Positions 16,918 to 27,107 of a stretch of DNA of 49,455 bases are shown here, piece by piece. The notes beneath the pieces are model-generated. The model searched no databases. It saw only the letters and a program-made list of their open reading frames with translations, and was not told the origin of the DNA. The stretch spans positions 1-49,455 of the IMG/VR virus record IMGVR_UViG_3300017722_002491, one strand, 5' to 3'. The stretch comes from a virus (lineage: Duplodnaviria; Caudoviricetes). How positions within the stretch are numbered: position 1 is the first letter of the stretch; each line of letters opens with the position of its first letter. Made by a program: the position numbers and the translations under genes.

Positions 16918-18351
16918 ATGTCAGAATCCGTCATTGGCTCCATCGGCTGTTCAGCCGACATCAGTAATCACTTCTCGCTTGCGCAGCATTATCTCGATCC
17001 TATCTTCAAACGTCTTAACGGACGTAATGGCGTGTGGGATGGGATGATTCCTGACGGCGGGCGTTTTCCCGTTGGATCGGGTTTCTCATCCCGTGTCACT
17101 ACACTCGCTCAACAGCGTCTCGGCTATGAGGACTTGAACCTCTGGCAAGACATGGTGGGCTTGCAATCCGATTGCGCCGTTACCTGCGACCCTCCTAACA
17201 AGGTGGTTGATCCCGGCAACGCGAATCATCAATGGTATCGTCTGATGAACATCTCCTACAATACGACTCCGTATTGCTTGGAATCCATGTTTGCAGCATC
17301 GCTTTCGCTCGATCAGCAGATTGAGCAAATCTATAAAGACCTCATGTATATCCGCTCGGATGTCATGGATGAGTTCTACCGCAACAATCAGGTTGGACTT
17401 TCCGCCTTCCGTTGGATGGGCTACGACCCTGCCAGCACTCAGGCTGGTTCTCCTGCCTTGCTTAATGATCAATGGCGTTTTGCCACGGATGCAAACGGCA
17501 TGGTGAACACGAAATACATCATCCTTGATTCGACGGTGAACCCAAACAGCATTGCGCTGCTCTCGACTGATATTCTAAATCGCGTTCGCAACTACGGCAT
17601 CCCGATGGGAACTTTCAATCCAGAAGGCGAAATCAAGCTCCTTACCGATTACGAAACATTCAGCGCATTGCCGTTGTATGACACCAATCGCCGCGAGGAC
17701 AATCGCTTCCGTCAGCCTGTTTCACTCAATCCCGAATACGTCGCAACCACGCATTACGCTGGTTACGCGCTCAAGAATGACTACTTCGCGCTGCGCTACA
17801 ACTGGACACTCACTGACCCCCTCTATCCAGCGGGCGTTCTCAAGCGCGTGTATCAGTGGAGCAACCGCGCAATCAGCGAAGGCTGCTTCTCGCAAACCAA
17901 TCAGGAATACATTGATGCAGATTTCAGCCTGCACATTCCTTGGAGCGACATGGATTCAGTCTTTGAAACCCAGAATGGCGAGCAACCGCTTTCCGCTGGT
18001 TCTGGCGCAAACTTCGCCGCTACTGCCTCTCCTTGGGATGGCACATGGCGTTGGATTAACGAAGTGAACGAAGTCACCCCATGCAACCAAGACCGCAACA
18101 AGGGTTACTGGCGCATGGTGTTGAAGAAAGCTGCAAAGCCCCTGATGTTTGGTCAGCGTGGTCATGTGGTTCTCTCACGCCGCTTCCCGCTTCGTGGTGT
18201 CACCCGCGCTTGTGCAACGCTGCAAGTCAGCGTCACTGGTTCGGTGGATTGCACAAACAACTGTCCCGCACAGGACTTCTACCCACCAGCCCTTGTTACA
18301 CGCTACACCTGTGGCGGCTGGAACAGCGGTGGTTCCTGCGCATCGGCCTAA
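16918..18351 (+). CDS. Major capsid protein (Cys-rich)
   Basis: 477 aa after the scaffold, codon usage suggesting high expression, own promoter/leader and downstream hairpin; 11 Cys. Confidence 0.75.
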   Translation: MSESVIGSIGCSADISNHFSLAQHYLDPIFKRLNGRNGVWDGMIPDGGRFPVGSGFSSRVTTLAQQRLGYEDLNLWQDMVGLQSDCAVTCDPPNKVVDPGNANHQWYRLMNISYNTTPYCLESMFAASLSLDQQIEQIYKDLMYIRSDVMDEFYRNNQVGLSAFRWMGYDPASTQAGSPALLNDQWRFATDANGMVNTKYIILDSTVNPNSIALLSTDILNRVRNYGIPMGTFNPEGEIKLLTDYETFSALPLYDTNRREDNRFRQPVSLNPEYVATTHYAGYALKNDYFALRYNWTLTDPLYPAGVLKRVYQWSNRAISEGCFSQTNQEYIDADFSLHIPWSDMDSVFETQNGEQPLSAGSGANFAATASPWDGTWRWINEVNEVTPCNQDRNKGYWRMVLKKAAKPLMFGQRGHVVLSRRFPLRGVTRACATLQVSVTGSVDCTNNCPAQDFYPPALVTRYTCGGWNSGGSCASA

Positions 18352-18366
18352 CTGTAATTGTCCAAA

Positions 18367-18394
18367 CCCCTCTGCCGTCATAGCGGCAGAGGGG
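18367..18394 (+). terminator. Perfect 11-bp hairpin after the capsid gene
   Basis: CCCCTCTGCCG-TCATAG-CGGCAGAGGGG; no U tract. Confidence 0.5.
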
Positions 18395-18417
18395 GATGGG
18401 CCAACTCTAAAACTTAT

Positions 18418-18756
18418 ATGGCACTACCTACCTGCAATCCTTGGACAAGCAATACGGTGCGCGACAGTCAGCAAGTCGCCGCCTGCAAAGAAAAGAGCGC
18501 ACGCGCTGGCGGACAGGAACTTCAAGATGTCACGTTCCTGCTTGTGGTTCTTGATTCCCTTCAACGCCTTGCAGTCAAGGGCGCAACCGGGTTCCAGAAT
18601 CTATCGGGATACAACCAATGCGACGGCGAGGCTAACGCCCACAACGCATACGTTCAACTCAACGAACTAAGCCCACCGATACAGGCAAACTCCGCAGAAT
18701 TGAAACAGTTGATTCTGTGGCAGCTTGCCAATCCGATGTGCTCACTAGGAGCATAA
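18418..18756 (+). CDS. Putative virion protein (Cys-containing)
   Basis: MALPTCNPW..., 112 aa, follows the capsid gene. Confidence 0.7.
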   Translation: MALPTCNPWTSNTVRDSQQVAACKEKSARAGGQELQDVTFLLVVLDSLQRLAVKGATGFQNLSGYNQCDGEANAHNAYVQLNELSPPIQANSAELKQLILWQLANPMCSLGA

Positions 18757-18757
18757 C

Positions 18758-19108
18758 ATGGCCGCACTAACTACTTGCGATTGCGTTAAGACGCAGACAC
18801 CGAATGAGGTTCAGCAGAGCATTTATTGTGCGCTGCTTGCGCTGATAACGGCATCTGGCGGCGACACGACAACCGACGAATACACTTCCGCTCCTGCTCT
18901 CGTAGCTTCCAGCGGATCAATTCCAGCCGGGGTTCTCGGTTGGAGTATTACCGCTATCTCCGGCACCGTCACGGTCAACGGGACAGCCCTTGCCGTAGGT
19001 AATTCCGTCAACGGCGGTGGATATGGCGGGCGCACCCTTAAAACAGCAATCGCTTACACTGTTGCCGCTGCATCCAGCGCACTTGTAACCTACGACACAC
19101 CAAGCTAA
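18758..19108 (+). CDS. Putative capsid decoration protein
   Basis: CDC N-terminus, Ser/Thr/Gly-rich beta-type C-terminus. Confidence 0.65.
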   Translation: MAALTTCDCVKTQTPNEVQQSIYCALLALITASGGDTTTDEYTSAPALVASSGSIPAGVLGWSITAISGTVTVNGTALAVGNSVNGGGYGGRTLKTAIAYTVAAASSALVTYDTPS

Positions 19109-19638
19109 TGTCCGCTGGAACTAATCGCAGTATCCCGACTCCCGTAAGTGTCCCGAACGGGGGCACGGGATTAGCGGCTGGCACAAGCGGGGGTATCCCT
19201 GCTTTCACAGCAACGGGCACCATCGCCTCATCGGGCTTGCTCGCAGCGAACGCGCTTATGATCGGCGGCGGTGCTGGCGTTGTGCCTTCTACTACGACCA
19301 CGGGCGCGGGCGTGCTTACTGCACTTGGCATCGCCCCAAACGCATCGGGCGGGTTTTCTACGCTTCGCAAGTTCAGCGGCAGCGCATCGCTCACTAGCTT
19401 CACAGCATTCGGTGGCAGTGAAACCTCTATTGCAATTACGGTCACAGGCGCGGTTGCCGGAGACATTGCTGTTGTAAATTTCCCATTTTCTGTTAATGGC
19501 ATCCCCACCCTTGGGCCTGTCGAGGTCACTGCTGATACCGTCACTGCTTACATTTATTCGGGGCCGGACTTGGATGGTTTCTATGCGGACTCAACTTGGG
19601 CGAGCGGAAAAACCATCACCGCACAAATTACAAAATGA
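19108..19638 (+). CDS. Putative head/tail fibre protein
   Basis: V-x-NGGTG repeat motif, Gly/Ala/Thr-rich, TVTGA-x-x-GD domain. Confidence 0.7.
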   Translation: MSAGTNRSIPTPVSVPNGGTGLAAGTSGGIPAFTATGTIASSGLLAANALMIGGGAGVVPSTTTTGAGVLTALGIAPNASGGFSTLRKFSGSASLTSFTAFGGSETSIAITVTGAVAGDIAVVNFPFSVNGIPTLGPVEVTADTVTAYIYSGPDLDGFYADSTWASGKTITAQITK

Positions 19639-19907
19639 GAACCCACGAACAATCACTTGCCTACAATGCGGAACTCAAAACGCGTAAGGCTGCTATGGCC
19701 GGACTGGAAACCATCTTCGTGGATGAGTTTTCAACCGTCCCCGGCGGTCTTATGGCACCGCTTTTCGCTGGCCTTGTCGAACTTATCAAGCGCGGGATGT
19801 TTGATCGTGCAAAAGTGCTTGTGAATAGCGTCACGACGCCACCTCCCGGCATCACGGAAGCTCGGATGAACACCGTAAAGGATCAAATCCTCTCACTGTT
19901 CTCATGA
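19635..19907 (+). CDS. Hypothetical protein (possible fibre chaperone)
   Basis: 90 aa, ATGA overlaps on both sides. Confidence 0.65.
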   Translation: MRTHEQSLAYNAELKTRKAAMAGLETIFVDEFSTVPGGLMAPLFAGLVELIKRGMFDRAKVLVNSVTTPPPGITEARMNTVKDQILSLFS

Positions 19908-20134
19908 CACTTGAAAATGCTTTGCTCATAGCCGTAAGTTCCGTGACTGGCGCTTTGTGCTTTTTGGCGAAAATCCTTTGGCATCGCAGCGAGCAATGCG
20001 AGTCTGACCGGAAAGAGCTACGAAGCGCAATCGAATCTGTGCGGACGCAAGCTGGTGAAAATCACGGGATGCTAATGGCTTACAGGATGTGTCCCGGCAA
20101 GCCCTGCCCTTTTAAAGAATCCATAAATTTATGA
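19904..20134 (+). CDS. Holin-like protein (one TM helix plus coiled coil)
   Basis: N-terminal TM helix, short coiled coil, C-terminal CPGKPCP; upstream of the endolysin. Confidence 0.55.
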   Translation: MTLENALLIAVSSVTGALCFLAKILWHRSEQCESDRKELRSAIESVRTQAGENHGMLMAYRMCPGKPCPFKESINL

Positions 20135-20316
20135 ACAAAATAAAGTTCATCTCACTCGTCCTTGCGTTTGCCGCAATCCCGCTTTCCGTGGATGCTACCA
20201 TTATTAAACTTCCAATCATCCCTGCGTCCGTATCTATGTATTGGCCGCTAATTATTGCAGTTGCTTCCGCCCTTCACAAGTGGGCATCAACAATACAGGA
20301 AAAACCAAAACCATGA
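20131..20316 (+). CDS. Two-TM holin-like protein
   Basis: 61 aa, two hydrophobic segments, basic C-terminus. Confidence 0.55.
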   Translation: MNKIKFISLVLAFAAIPLSVDATIIKLPIIPASVSMYWPLIIAVASALHKWASTIQEKPKP

Positions 20317-20516
20317 GGCCGAAGTATTTTGCTTCATTTATCCTGCTCGCGCTTTTTGCCGTTCTAGCCACGCTCTACCTTACGGGCTGCTCCGCTATCC
20401 CCTATCGCGTATCGTTCCGCTACGGGGGTGCTGGTGCGTCGTATGACGGCAAGCGGGTGCTGCTCGACGTAGATGGAAATGAAATTAGAAAATCATTAAA
20501 AGGATATGCCAAGTGA
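20313..20516 (+). CDS. Small lipoprotein (spanin-like)
   Basis: Signal peptide with lipobox LTG-C, within the lysis cassette. Confidence 0.65.
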   Translation: MRPKYFASFILLALFAVLATLYLTGCSAIPYRVSFRYGGAGASYDGKRVLLDVDGNEIRKSLKGYAK

Positions 20517-21030
20517 TGAAATACGTTTGGCGATTCTTACGCCAGAACAAGCACGGGATGCTCTGGCTAGGATAGCCGAAAAGGAAATCGGTGTGCGCGA
20601 GATTGGCGGAAACAATCGCGGGCCAAGGGTGCGCGAGTATCAGTTGGCGACTTGGACTGAGCCTGGAGTTTGGCCTTGGTGTGCTGCGTTCATCTGCTGG
20701 ATTATCCGTGAGTGGCTAACGTCGCCAAGCGTTAAGGAGATTGCGCAATTCCACCGCCCGAAAACCACGGGTGCGTTTGACTTTATTCGTTGGGCTAAGG
20801 ACGCAAAATTGCAAGTAATGGGCGAGAATAATCCGTGCAGGCGTGGAGACATTGTGGTTTTCGATTTCTCGCATATTGGGCTTGTGACAGCAGACAGCGA
20901 GCGCGGAGAAATTGAAAGCGTAGATGGAAATACAAACGGCAAGGGCGAACGCGACAGTGAATCTGGCGATGGTGTTTGGAGGAAGTATCGTCCGCGATCC
21001 GATGCCAAGGCTTTTATCCGTCTCGTATAA
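20506..21030 (+). CDS. Endolysin, CHAP-family amidase/peptidase
   Basis: E-x-GVRE..N.GP.V..Y, PWCAAF, GDIVVF..SHIGLV, DGNT. Confidence 0.85.
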   Translation: MPSDEIRLAILTPEQARDALARIAEKEIGVREIGGNNRGPRVREYQLATWTEPGVWPWCAAFICWIIREWLTSPSVKEIAQFHRPKTTGAFDFIRWAKDAKLQVMGENNPCRRGDIVVFDFSHIGLVTADSERGEIESVDGNTNGKGERDSESGDGVWRKYRPRSDAKAFIRLV

Positions 21031-21090
21031 ACCTTATGTCCATTGATATTCCGTGATTGCTTTATTCTGAAAACCAATTAAAACACGCTT

Positions 21091-22149
21091 ATGTCCTGTA
21101 ATTCATGCGGTTCTTCTCAACCTTGCGGGTGCAACTACATCGTAGAGCTACCGGACAACCCCGTAGTCGCCTACACCTGCGCAAACATCAACCTGACAGG
21201 CATCGGCGTTTATGATTCGCAGAACGGCAACGAGTTCGACTTTCGCGGAATTACCAGCGGCAACAACTCCTTGATCGTCACCTTGGATGCGGGCAACAAC
21301 TCAATCCTGCTCACGTTCAACATTCAGCAGATTATTGACGACCTTCCTGATGCCACGACAACACAGCGCGGAGTGCTTGAAACAGCAACGGATGCAGAGG
21401 CAATCGGCAAAGCTCTTAACAACAAGATTCTTACGCCAAGCAATCTTGCCGCAATCGGTGCGACAACTACCTTTTCTGGACTAATAGAGATTGCCACAAA
21501 TGCAGAGGCATTAACGGGAGCATCAACAAGCCTAGCAATTACTCCTGCGAATCTGGCTTACGTCAATGCAACGCAACTGGCAACAGTGGTGTTTGCTGAT
21601 GCGGTAGCGCGTGGAGCAGCGGTTCCGGCGTTTAAGGGGCAGTTCGGGTATCAGTCTGACACGACTCAAGCGTATGCAGCTTATGGCACAGCGGCAGGTG
21701 AATGGAAATTAGTCATTACTCAGGGAGCGACAAATCCCGGAGCATTTACGCTTGATGGAAATGGCAATAATTTACAACTATACTCCGAAGCTGGAATTAC
21801 GCTTGGGAATGGAGCCGATACAAGCTATCTAAATGTTTCGGCTCTTTCGGGTGTTATTTTTAACGGAAATACACTTCTAGACATTTCCCAAGACACTCAA
21901 CTTAGGATTGAGGGTGCGCCTATTCCAGCGAATTGCGTATTGATCACAAGCGGGGCTGGCGAGTATCTTGCGGCTTCGCTCATCAATACCTTCGTTAGTT
22001 CCGCCAACACGCAAACGGGCTACACGACATTCGGCACTCCTGCAACCCTGCGAACCTGCGACACCGCAACCGTCACGTTGCAACAGCTTGCGCAGATTGT
22101 CGGCACAATCGTTGAAGATATTAAAGCGGTCAAACTTCTAGCCACGTAA
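21091..22149 (+). CDS. Tail fibre protein
   Basis: ATTT-x-x-G-x-x-E-x-AT-x-AE repeats, N-terminal Cys cluster MSCNSCGSSQPCGC, C-terminal trimeric helix. Confidence 0.75.
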   Translation: MSCNSCGSSQPCGCNYIVELPDNPVVAYTCANINLTGIGVYDSQNGNEFDFRGITSGNNSLIVTLDAGNNSILLTFNIQQIIDDLPDATTTQRGVLETATDAEAIGKALNNKILTPSNLAAIGATTTFSGLIEIATNAEALTGASTSLAITPANLAYVNATQLATVVFADAVARGAAVPAFKGQFGYQSDTTQAYAAYGTAAGEWKLVITQGATNPGAFTLDGNGNNLQLYSEAGITLGNGADTSYLNVSALSGVIFNGNTLLDISQDTQLRIEGAPIPANCVLITSGAGEYLAASLINTFVSSANTQTGYTTFGTPATLRTCDTATVTLQQLAQIVGTIVEDIKAVKLLAT

Positions 22150-22152
22150 CCT

Positions 22153-23205
22153 ATGTCCTGCTCCTGCTCTAACTCTCCTTGCTCCTGCTCACCCTGTCAG
22201 CCCGCCAACACGGTATATCAGGGCACTTGCACCGATCCCGGTTCCGCTACAACCCTGCGTCACGTTCTCGGACTCGACAGCAGCTTTTGTCAACGTAGAC
22301 TACTTCCCGGAGACGGCGGTTATCTCGTAGCTCGCGCCACGGGCAGCGGCGGGTGGCTGATTGATTTCACCACGGAGCCAGTGATTCCGCTTTCCAACAT
22401 TACAGCCGTCCAGAGTCAGACTTTCGGGCAGTTCATTGTGCAGGGCAGCGACGACATCATGCGGACGTTGACGGGGCCAGCGGTTGCAAATCTTTACCCG
22501 CGCACCAATGCGGCGGGGCAGATTACGTTTGAAACGCTTCCTACTGCTACGGTTCCCGATCCGCTGGTAGTGAATGACCTTACGGTTGTCACGAATGCGC
22601 AGATTGCGGACTTACAGATTACAGGGACAGCAACGGCAACGGGGCTTGCCACTGGAACGCTAACAAACGTGCTTGGGCTGAATACCTCCAACGAGATCAT
22701 CAAAGGCACGATTGCAGATACAGGAAGCCAATGCGCGGCATTCTTTGAAAACACGGTTTCCCCTAACCCGCAAAACAGTTATCCAAACGCTAATTCATCT
22801 CCCGGCAATCCTCTTGTAATTGGAAATATTCTATTCGACTCCACATGGCCGAATGGGGTTCCCGGCGCAGGTGGACTTTTTGCTGTATTAGACCAATATA
22901 CTCTATCTTGCGTAACTCCCGGAACCTATGTGGTGGATTTCTTTGGAATGACGAGGGAAAATACGAATCAGGGTGGAAGCGGAAGTCAGGCGATCTCATT
23001 AAAGGTTAATGGCATCATTGTGAATAGCGGCAATAGTAATAACTGGTTAAATCAGAACAATCAGGAGAATCTAGCGCATCTCGCGGGTCAAGATATGCGA
23101 AGATACATCCAAGGGCAAACCATACAGCTTGTTCTTGGTTCTGGCGCAACGGCAAATACAAAATGCTATGAAGTTCGCTGCAATGTAACCCGCCTCGGAG
23201 CGTGA
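22153..23205 (+). CDS. Tail fibre/spike protein with C1q/BclA-like C-terminal domain
   Basis: N-terminal MSCSCSNSPCSCSPC, Thr-rich stalk, PGTY-V-F...VNG jelly-roll pattern. Confidence 0.65.
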   Translation: MSCSCSNSPCSCSPCQPANTVYQGTCTDPGSATTLRHVLGLDSSFCQRRLLPGDGGYLVARATGSGGWLIDFTTEPVIPLSNITAVQSQTFGQFIVQGSDDIMRTLTGPAVANLYPRTNAAGQITFETLPTATVPDPLVVNDLTVVTNAQIADLQITGTATATGLATGTLTNVLGLNTSNEIIKGTIADTGSQCAAFFENTVSPNPQNSYPNANSSPGNPLVIGNILFDSTWPNGVPGAGGLFAVLDQYTLSCVTPGTYVVDFFGMTRENTNQGGSGSQAISLKVNGIIVNSGNSNNWLNQNNQENLAHLAGQDMRRYIQGQTIQLVLGSGATANTKCYEVRCNVTRLGA

Positions 23206-23209
23206 ACCG

Positions 23210-25618
23210 ATGCCCGCAACATACCATTATGACGGGCATCAGCAGCTAAAGGGAGTATTCGGCGGATCGCCGGACTCGGTTCCCGCCAACTACGCGCATC
23301 AAGCCGTCAATCGCTTCTTCCGCGAGGACTACAACCGCGCCCGTCCGTCCATCCAAAACATTGAGCTAGAGTTTGAGAACGACGATGAGCGGGTTTGGTT
23401 TCAAGGCGCGAATGGGCAGGGCGCAACATTCTACAACGGTTATCCGTCTTACCTGACAAGCAAGTTGATTGCGAGTGTTGGCGGCAGGATTTACACGGTG
23501 GAAGTGAATGGCAGAAAGGGCGTCGTAACCAAGCTGTATGACGGCAACTCGCGCCAGTTCATGCACACATGGTTCGCGCAGGGGTTTCAATGGCTTGTCA
23601 TTCAAGACGGCATCCATACTCCCTTGTTTTGGGATGGTGTGAATCCTCCGCGCAGATCAGATTTGGCAAAAAACGAGATGCCAATTGGCAGCGTCATGGC
23701 TTTTATCCACGGCAGGTTTGTGGTTGCCAGTTCAGACGGCAAGAACAGCATCTACGTTGGCGATATTGCATACGGAGCAACTCTTACCCGTCCCGACGAC
23801 ATTCTCAGCTTCACCGAGCAAACGTATTGGGCGGAAGGCGGCAGCTTCGGCACTCCTGTTTTTGTAGGCGACATCATGGGGATATACCCGATGCCGTTCC
23901 TTGATACAGGGACAGGGCAGAATGAATTGGTTATCGGTTGCACCAACGGATTTACGTCACTCGATTTATCGCAACCACGGGATCAATGGATCAATACTTC
24001 TGTTCAACGTGTTGCGCTTATCGGCTCCGGCCTTGTCTCGTCTCATGGCTTTGCAGGATTGAACGGGGATATGTTCTACCGCTCGCAGGCTGGCATTGCG
24101 AGCTATCGCAATTCGCGTATCGAGTATTCGCAACGATGGAATCAGACGCCCGTTTCTCGTGAAGTGAATTATTGGCTCAAGCCGGATCGGAAAGATTATT
24201 TAGAGTTTGCGCCGATGGTGAGTTGGCAGAACATGGTGCTGTGCGGAACGTCGCCGCTAATTGCTTCACCCAACAACCCTGCATTCGGGAAGCACCGATA
24301 CTGTCGCGGCATGGTAGTGTTTGATGCTGATGCAATGTCCACGGCTGGACGAGACGGTTCTCCCGTGTGGCATGGGATGTGGAGCGGGGTAAGACCTTGG
24401 GCGTTTTCGCAAGGCTACATCGGCAACGCCAATCGCTGTTTCGCGTTTTCATATGACAGAGACGGCAAGAATCGCCTTTACGAGTTCACGCTTGCTGATG
24501 GAGATGATTTCTTTGAAGGGCAACCGAAGAAGATTGAAGGCAATTACACAACTTCCATATTTGGGAATGTTGAAGGAGTCACCAACGCATTTGCGCCAAA
24601 GATTATCAACGGTGGCGTGATTGAGATGTCTGCCATTCGCAATGCGTCAAACTTTACCGTAGAATATCGCCCTGATGGTTCGCCATGTTGGGTTTTTGTG
24701 GATCAGGGAAGTCCGGGATGCGATTGCCCGACAAGAGAAACCTGCGAGGAAAATCCAGAACGTCCGATGACGGCTGCACCGCAATGGGCGCGGAAGTATC
24801 TGCAACAGGTTCCTTCCAACAAATGTGTGCCGGGATCAATCCAACCAGCAAACAACTTTCATCATTGTCAGGTGAAAGTGAACGCAATCGGCAGCTTTAC
24901 AGTGGATCGAATGAACATCCGTTTTGAGATTCGTCCTGATGGACAGATTGCGGAGTGCATGGGCAACAACTGCGCCCCGATTGACTGCTGCCCGAACATC
25001 AACGATTACTCTTACTCGATTGCTCCTATTGGCGTGAACAACGAGATACCGTATCCGCCAGAAGAACCACCTGCCGGAAAGGTTCTCATCGGCACGGATG
25101 CAAACGGCAACCCTATTTACGGATGGATTGCCACTAGGACGGCGCGTATCTGTTGCAATAATTTTCCCTCAATATGTTCAATTTCGGATGGTCAAGCAAC
25201 ATCAGCAATCAGTCAAATAGATGCAATCAACAAAGCGCAAGCAGCAGCGCAACAAAGCGCAGCCGCAGGGTTGCAATGCCCGCAATGCGACACCGCAGTA
25301 TTGTCCGACGCCTACGTTGTCTCAGGTGATGTTGTGGATTACAGCGGGTTCTTTGTGGCTGGCGAATATCTAGCATACGCGCTGCAACCGATACGCCTAA
25401 TTAACGTGCTGACCGATGCGGTGATTGTCTCTGGTAACGTGGACATTACAGGGACACTGGTTATCACGCAGGAGCCTATTTATCCCGATGGAACCTATGA
25501 TACGGCAACCAACATTTACACGGATGCAGGGGTTGGTAGCGCGAGAATACAACTGCAAATTGGTTGTAGTATTTTCAATACAACTACATGGCCGGAAACC
25601 TTTCCATACGGAAGCTAG
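23210..25618 (+). CDS. Tail nozzle/stabilization protein (P22 gp10 / T7 gp12-like)
   Basis: 802 aa, beta-propeller-like repeats (AFIHGRFVV, GDMFYRS..GI.S), about 20 Cys. Confidence 0.7.
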   Translation: MPATYHYDGHQQLKGVFGGSPDSVPANYAHQAVNRFFREDYNRARPSIQNIELEFENDDERVWFQGANGQGATFYNGYPSYLTSKLIASVGGRIYTVEVNGRKGVVTKLYDGNSRQFMHTWFAQGFQWLVIQDGIHTPLFWDGVNPPRRSDLAKNEMPIGSVMAFIHGRFVVASSDGKNSIYVGDIAYGATLTRPDDILSFTEQTYWAEGGSFGTPVFVGDIMGIYPMPFLDTGTGQNELVIGCTNGFTSLDLSQPRDQWINTSVQRVALIGSGLVSSHGFAGLNGDMFYRSQAGIASYRNSRIEYSQRWNQTPVSREVNYWLKPDRKDYLEFAPMVSWQNMVLCGTSPLIASPNNPAFGKHRYCRGMVVFDADAMSTAGRDGSPVWHGMWSGVRPWAFSQGYIGNANRCFAFSYDRDGKNRLYEFTLADGDDFFEGQPKKIEGNYTTSIFGNVEGVTNAFAPKIINGGVIEMSAIRNASNFTVEYRPDGSPCWVFVDQGSPGCDCPTRETCEENPERPMTAAPQWARKYLQQVPSNKCVPGSIQPANNFHHCQVKVNAIGSFTVDRMNIRFEIRPDGQIAECMGNNCAPIDCCPNINDYSYSIAPIGVNNEIPYPPEEPPAGKVLIGTDANGNPIYGWIATRTARICCNNFPSICSISDGQATSAISQIDAINKAQAAAQQSAAAGLQCPQCDTAVLSDAYVVSGDVVDYSGFFVAGEYLAYALQPIRLINVLTDAVIVSGNVDITGTLVITQEPIYPDGTYDTATNIYTDAGVGSARIQLQIGCSIFNTTTWPETFPYGS

Positions 25619-25650
25619 ACATTTATTAAAAATCAACGTATAAGAAATAT

Positions 25651-26139
25651 ATGGCAACAAACACTCAGATCGTCGCTTCTCTAGGATGGACAGATGCGCC
25701 CCCTGACCTTGCTTGTATCCCCGGCGACTTGAATCAACTCGGAAGGGTGATGGCGCAATTCTTTAACGTCAATTCCGTCACTAGCGAACTCGACACAGGT
25801 TCGCAAAACAATACCGCAGACCAAGCACTTACAGTAGCCAATATTGCGCTCTCAACCGCCGTTTCGGTTGAAAATTCGTTACCCGACACACGAAGCAGCG
25901 GGGCTACCCCGATTGCCATTCAACCAGGGGATTCCATTTTTACAATCCCACTGTCGCCCCCAATGCCGGATACGAAATACATTGTTCTGGGGTGCTACTA
26001 CGCGCCCGATACTCCGATTGGCACATATTACAACTGGCACGTTATTACAGGGACGCAACAAGTTGGTTCATGCACGCTACGTTTTGACAACACCCCCGCA
26101 AACACAAGTTTCGCATACATCGTCCGCTCTCTTACGTGA
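25651..26139 (+). CDS. Putative virion protein
   Basis: Short helix plus beta domain (P-M-PDT-x-Y-x-V), in the tail module. Confidence 0.65.
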   Translation: MATNTQIVASLGWTDAPPDLACIPGDLNQLGRVMAQFFNVNSVTSELDTGSQNNTADQALTVANIALSTAVSVENSLPDTRSSGATPIAIQPGDSIFTIPLSPPMPDTKYIVLGCYYAPDTPIGTYYNWHVITGTQQVGSCTLRFDNTPANTSFAYIVRSLT

Positions 26140-27107
26140 AAACTCAACGCACCATAGTCCGTGACATCATAGAGGACATCGCGCCAATGGTGCTCGACAG
26201 CGGCGTATGCCCGACGACACCAGAGGGGATTGAGGTCGTTCTATCGTTTCTGAACAAAGCCTGCTTTGAACTGCATACGCGCATAGATTCAGAGGGAACA
26301 CTTTTCGAGTGGTATGTTCCAGTGGATAGCGGTTGCTTTTCGCTGCCGCAGGATTGCCGTGAAGCCCGTCAAATCGGCATCAACGGATTGCCATTGCGCC
26401 AGCGCAGCGAGTTCTTCATCGGCAAGGTTGCGACTGGCGGCAGCTACGGCGGGTGCGCCCCATACGAGTGCCGCGATCTCGGAGACTTCTACATCCCGAA
26501 ATATCTACCCAAGACACAGGGCATCAGGATTGCGCTGGTAGCGACGGAAGATGCTGATGCAGGGAAGGAAGTTATAATTGAAATCACGAACGAACACGGG
26601 GTTCCTGTGCGGCAGACGTTGACGTTGCTCAAGGATGCGCTGCCCGTGGTGATGGATTCCGTTGCATTCGACGTAACCTTTTTCAAGAAGCCAAAAACTA
26701 CTGGATCGGTTTTGCTTCAACTGCACTACGACAACGGGCAACGGTTCAACTTCTGTTCGTATCTACCGGACACAGAGGAAGGGTTATTCCGCAGAAAGCA
26801 GCTTCCGCAAATGTGGTGGGGCTGCAACCTTGTTCGCATCCTCGGCAAAACAAGATTCGTGAAAATTGATTCCGTGGATCAGATTCTTCCGTTCAATCAT
26901 CCAGTGGCAATCGGGTGGGCGTGTTCAGCGATTGCGGCATGGCGCAGGCGGGACGACGAGACGAACATAAAGCACATGAACCTTGCGCTGGAATCTTTAA
27001 AATCGCAGATGCGGGATGCCGACAGCGCAAGCAACGAAAAGCAGGTCAAGGTTCGCAGTAACTTCAACAACCCGTCTCTGGCCGGAAATTACAAACGCTG
27101 GTCATGA
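26136..27107 (+). CDS. Head-tail adaptor / tail tubular protein A-like
   Basis: N-terminal helices (LNKA...L), central beta insert, C-terminal helical hairpin; position in tail module. Confidence 0.6.
   Translation: MKTQRTIVRDIIEDIAPMVLDSGVCPTTPEGIEVVLSFLNKACFELHTRIDSEGTLFEWYVPVDSGCFSLPQDCREARQIGINGLPLRQRSEFFIGKVATGGSYGGCAPYECRDLGDFYIPKYLPKTQGIRIALVATEDADAGKEVIIEITNEHGVPVRQTLTLLKDALPVVMDSVAFDVTFFKKPKTTGSVLLQLHYDNGQRFNFCSYLPDTEEGLFRRKQLPQMWWGCNLVRILGKTRFVKIDSVDQILPFNHPVAIGWACSAIAAWRRRDDETNIKHMNLALESLKSQMRDADSASNEKQVKVRSNFNNPSLAGNYKRWS

Noticed and set aside
21091-26139. Diversity-generating retroelement or invertible tail-fibre cassette
   Set aside because: No reverse transcriptase or invertase, and no template/variable repeat pair noticed.
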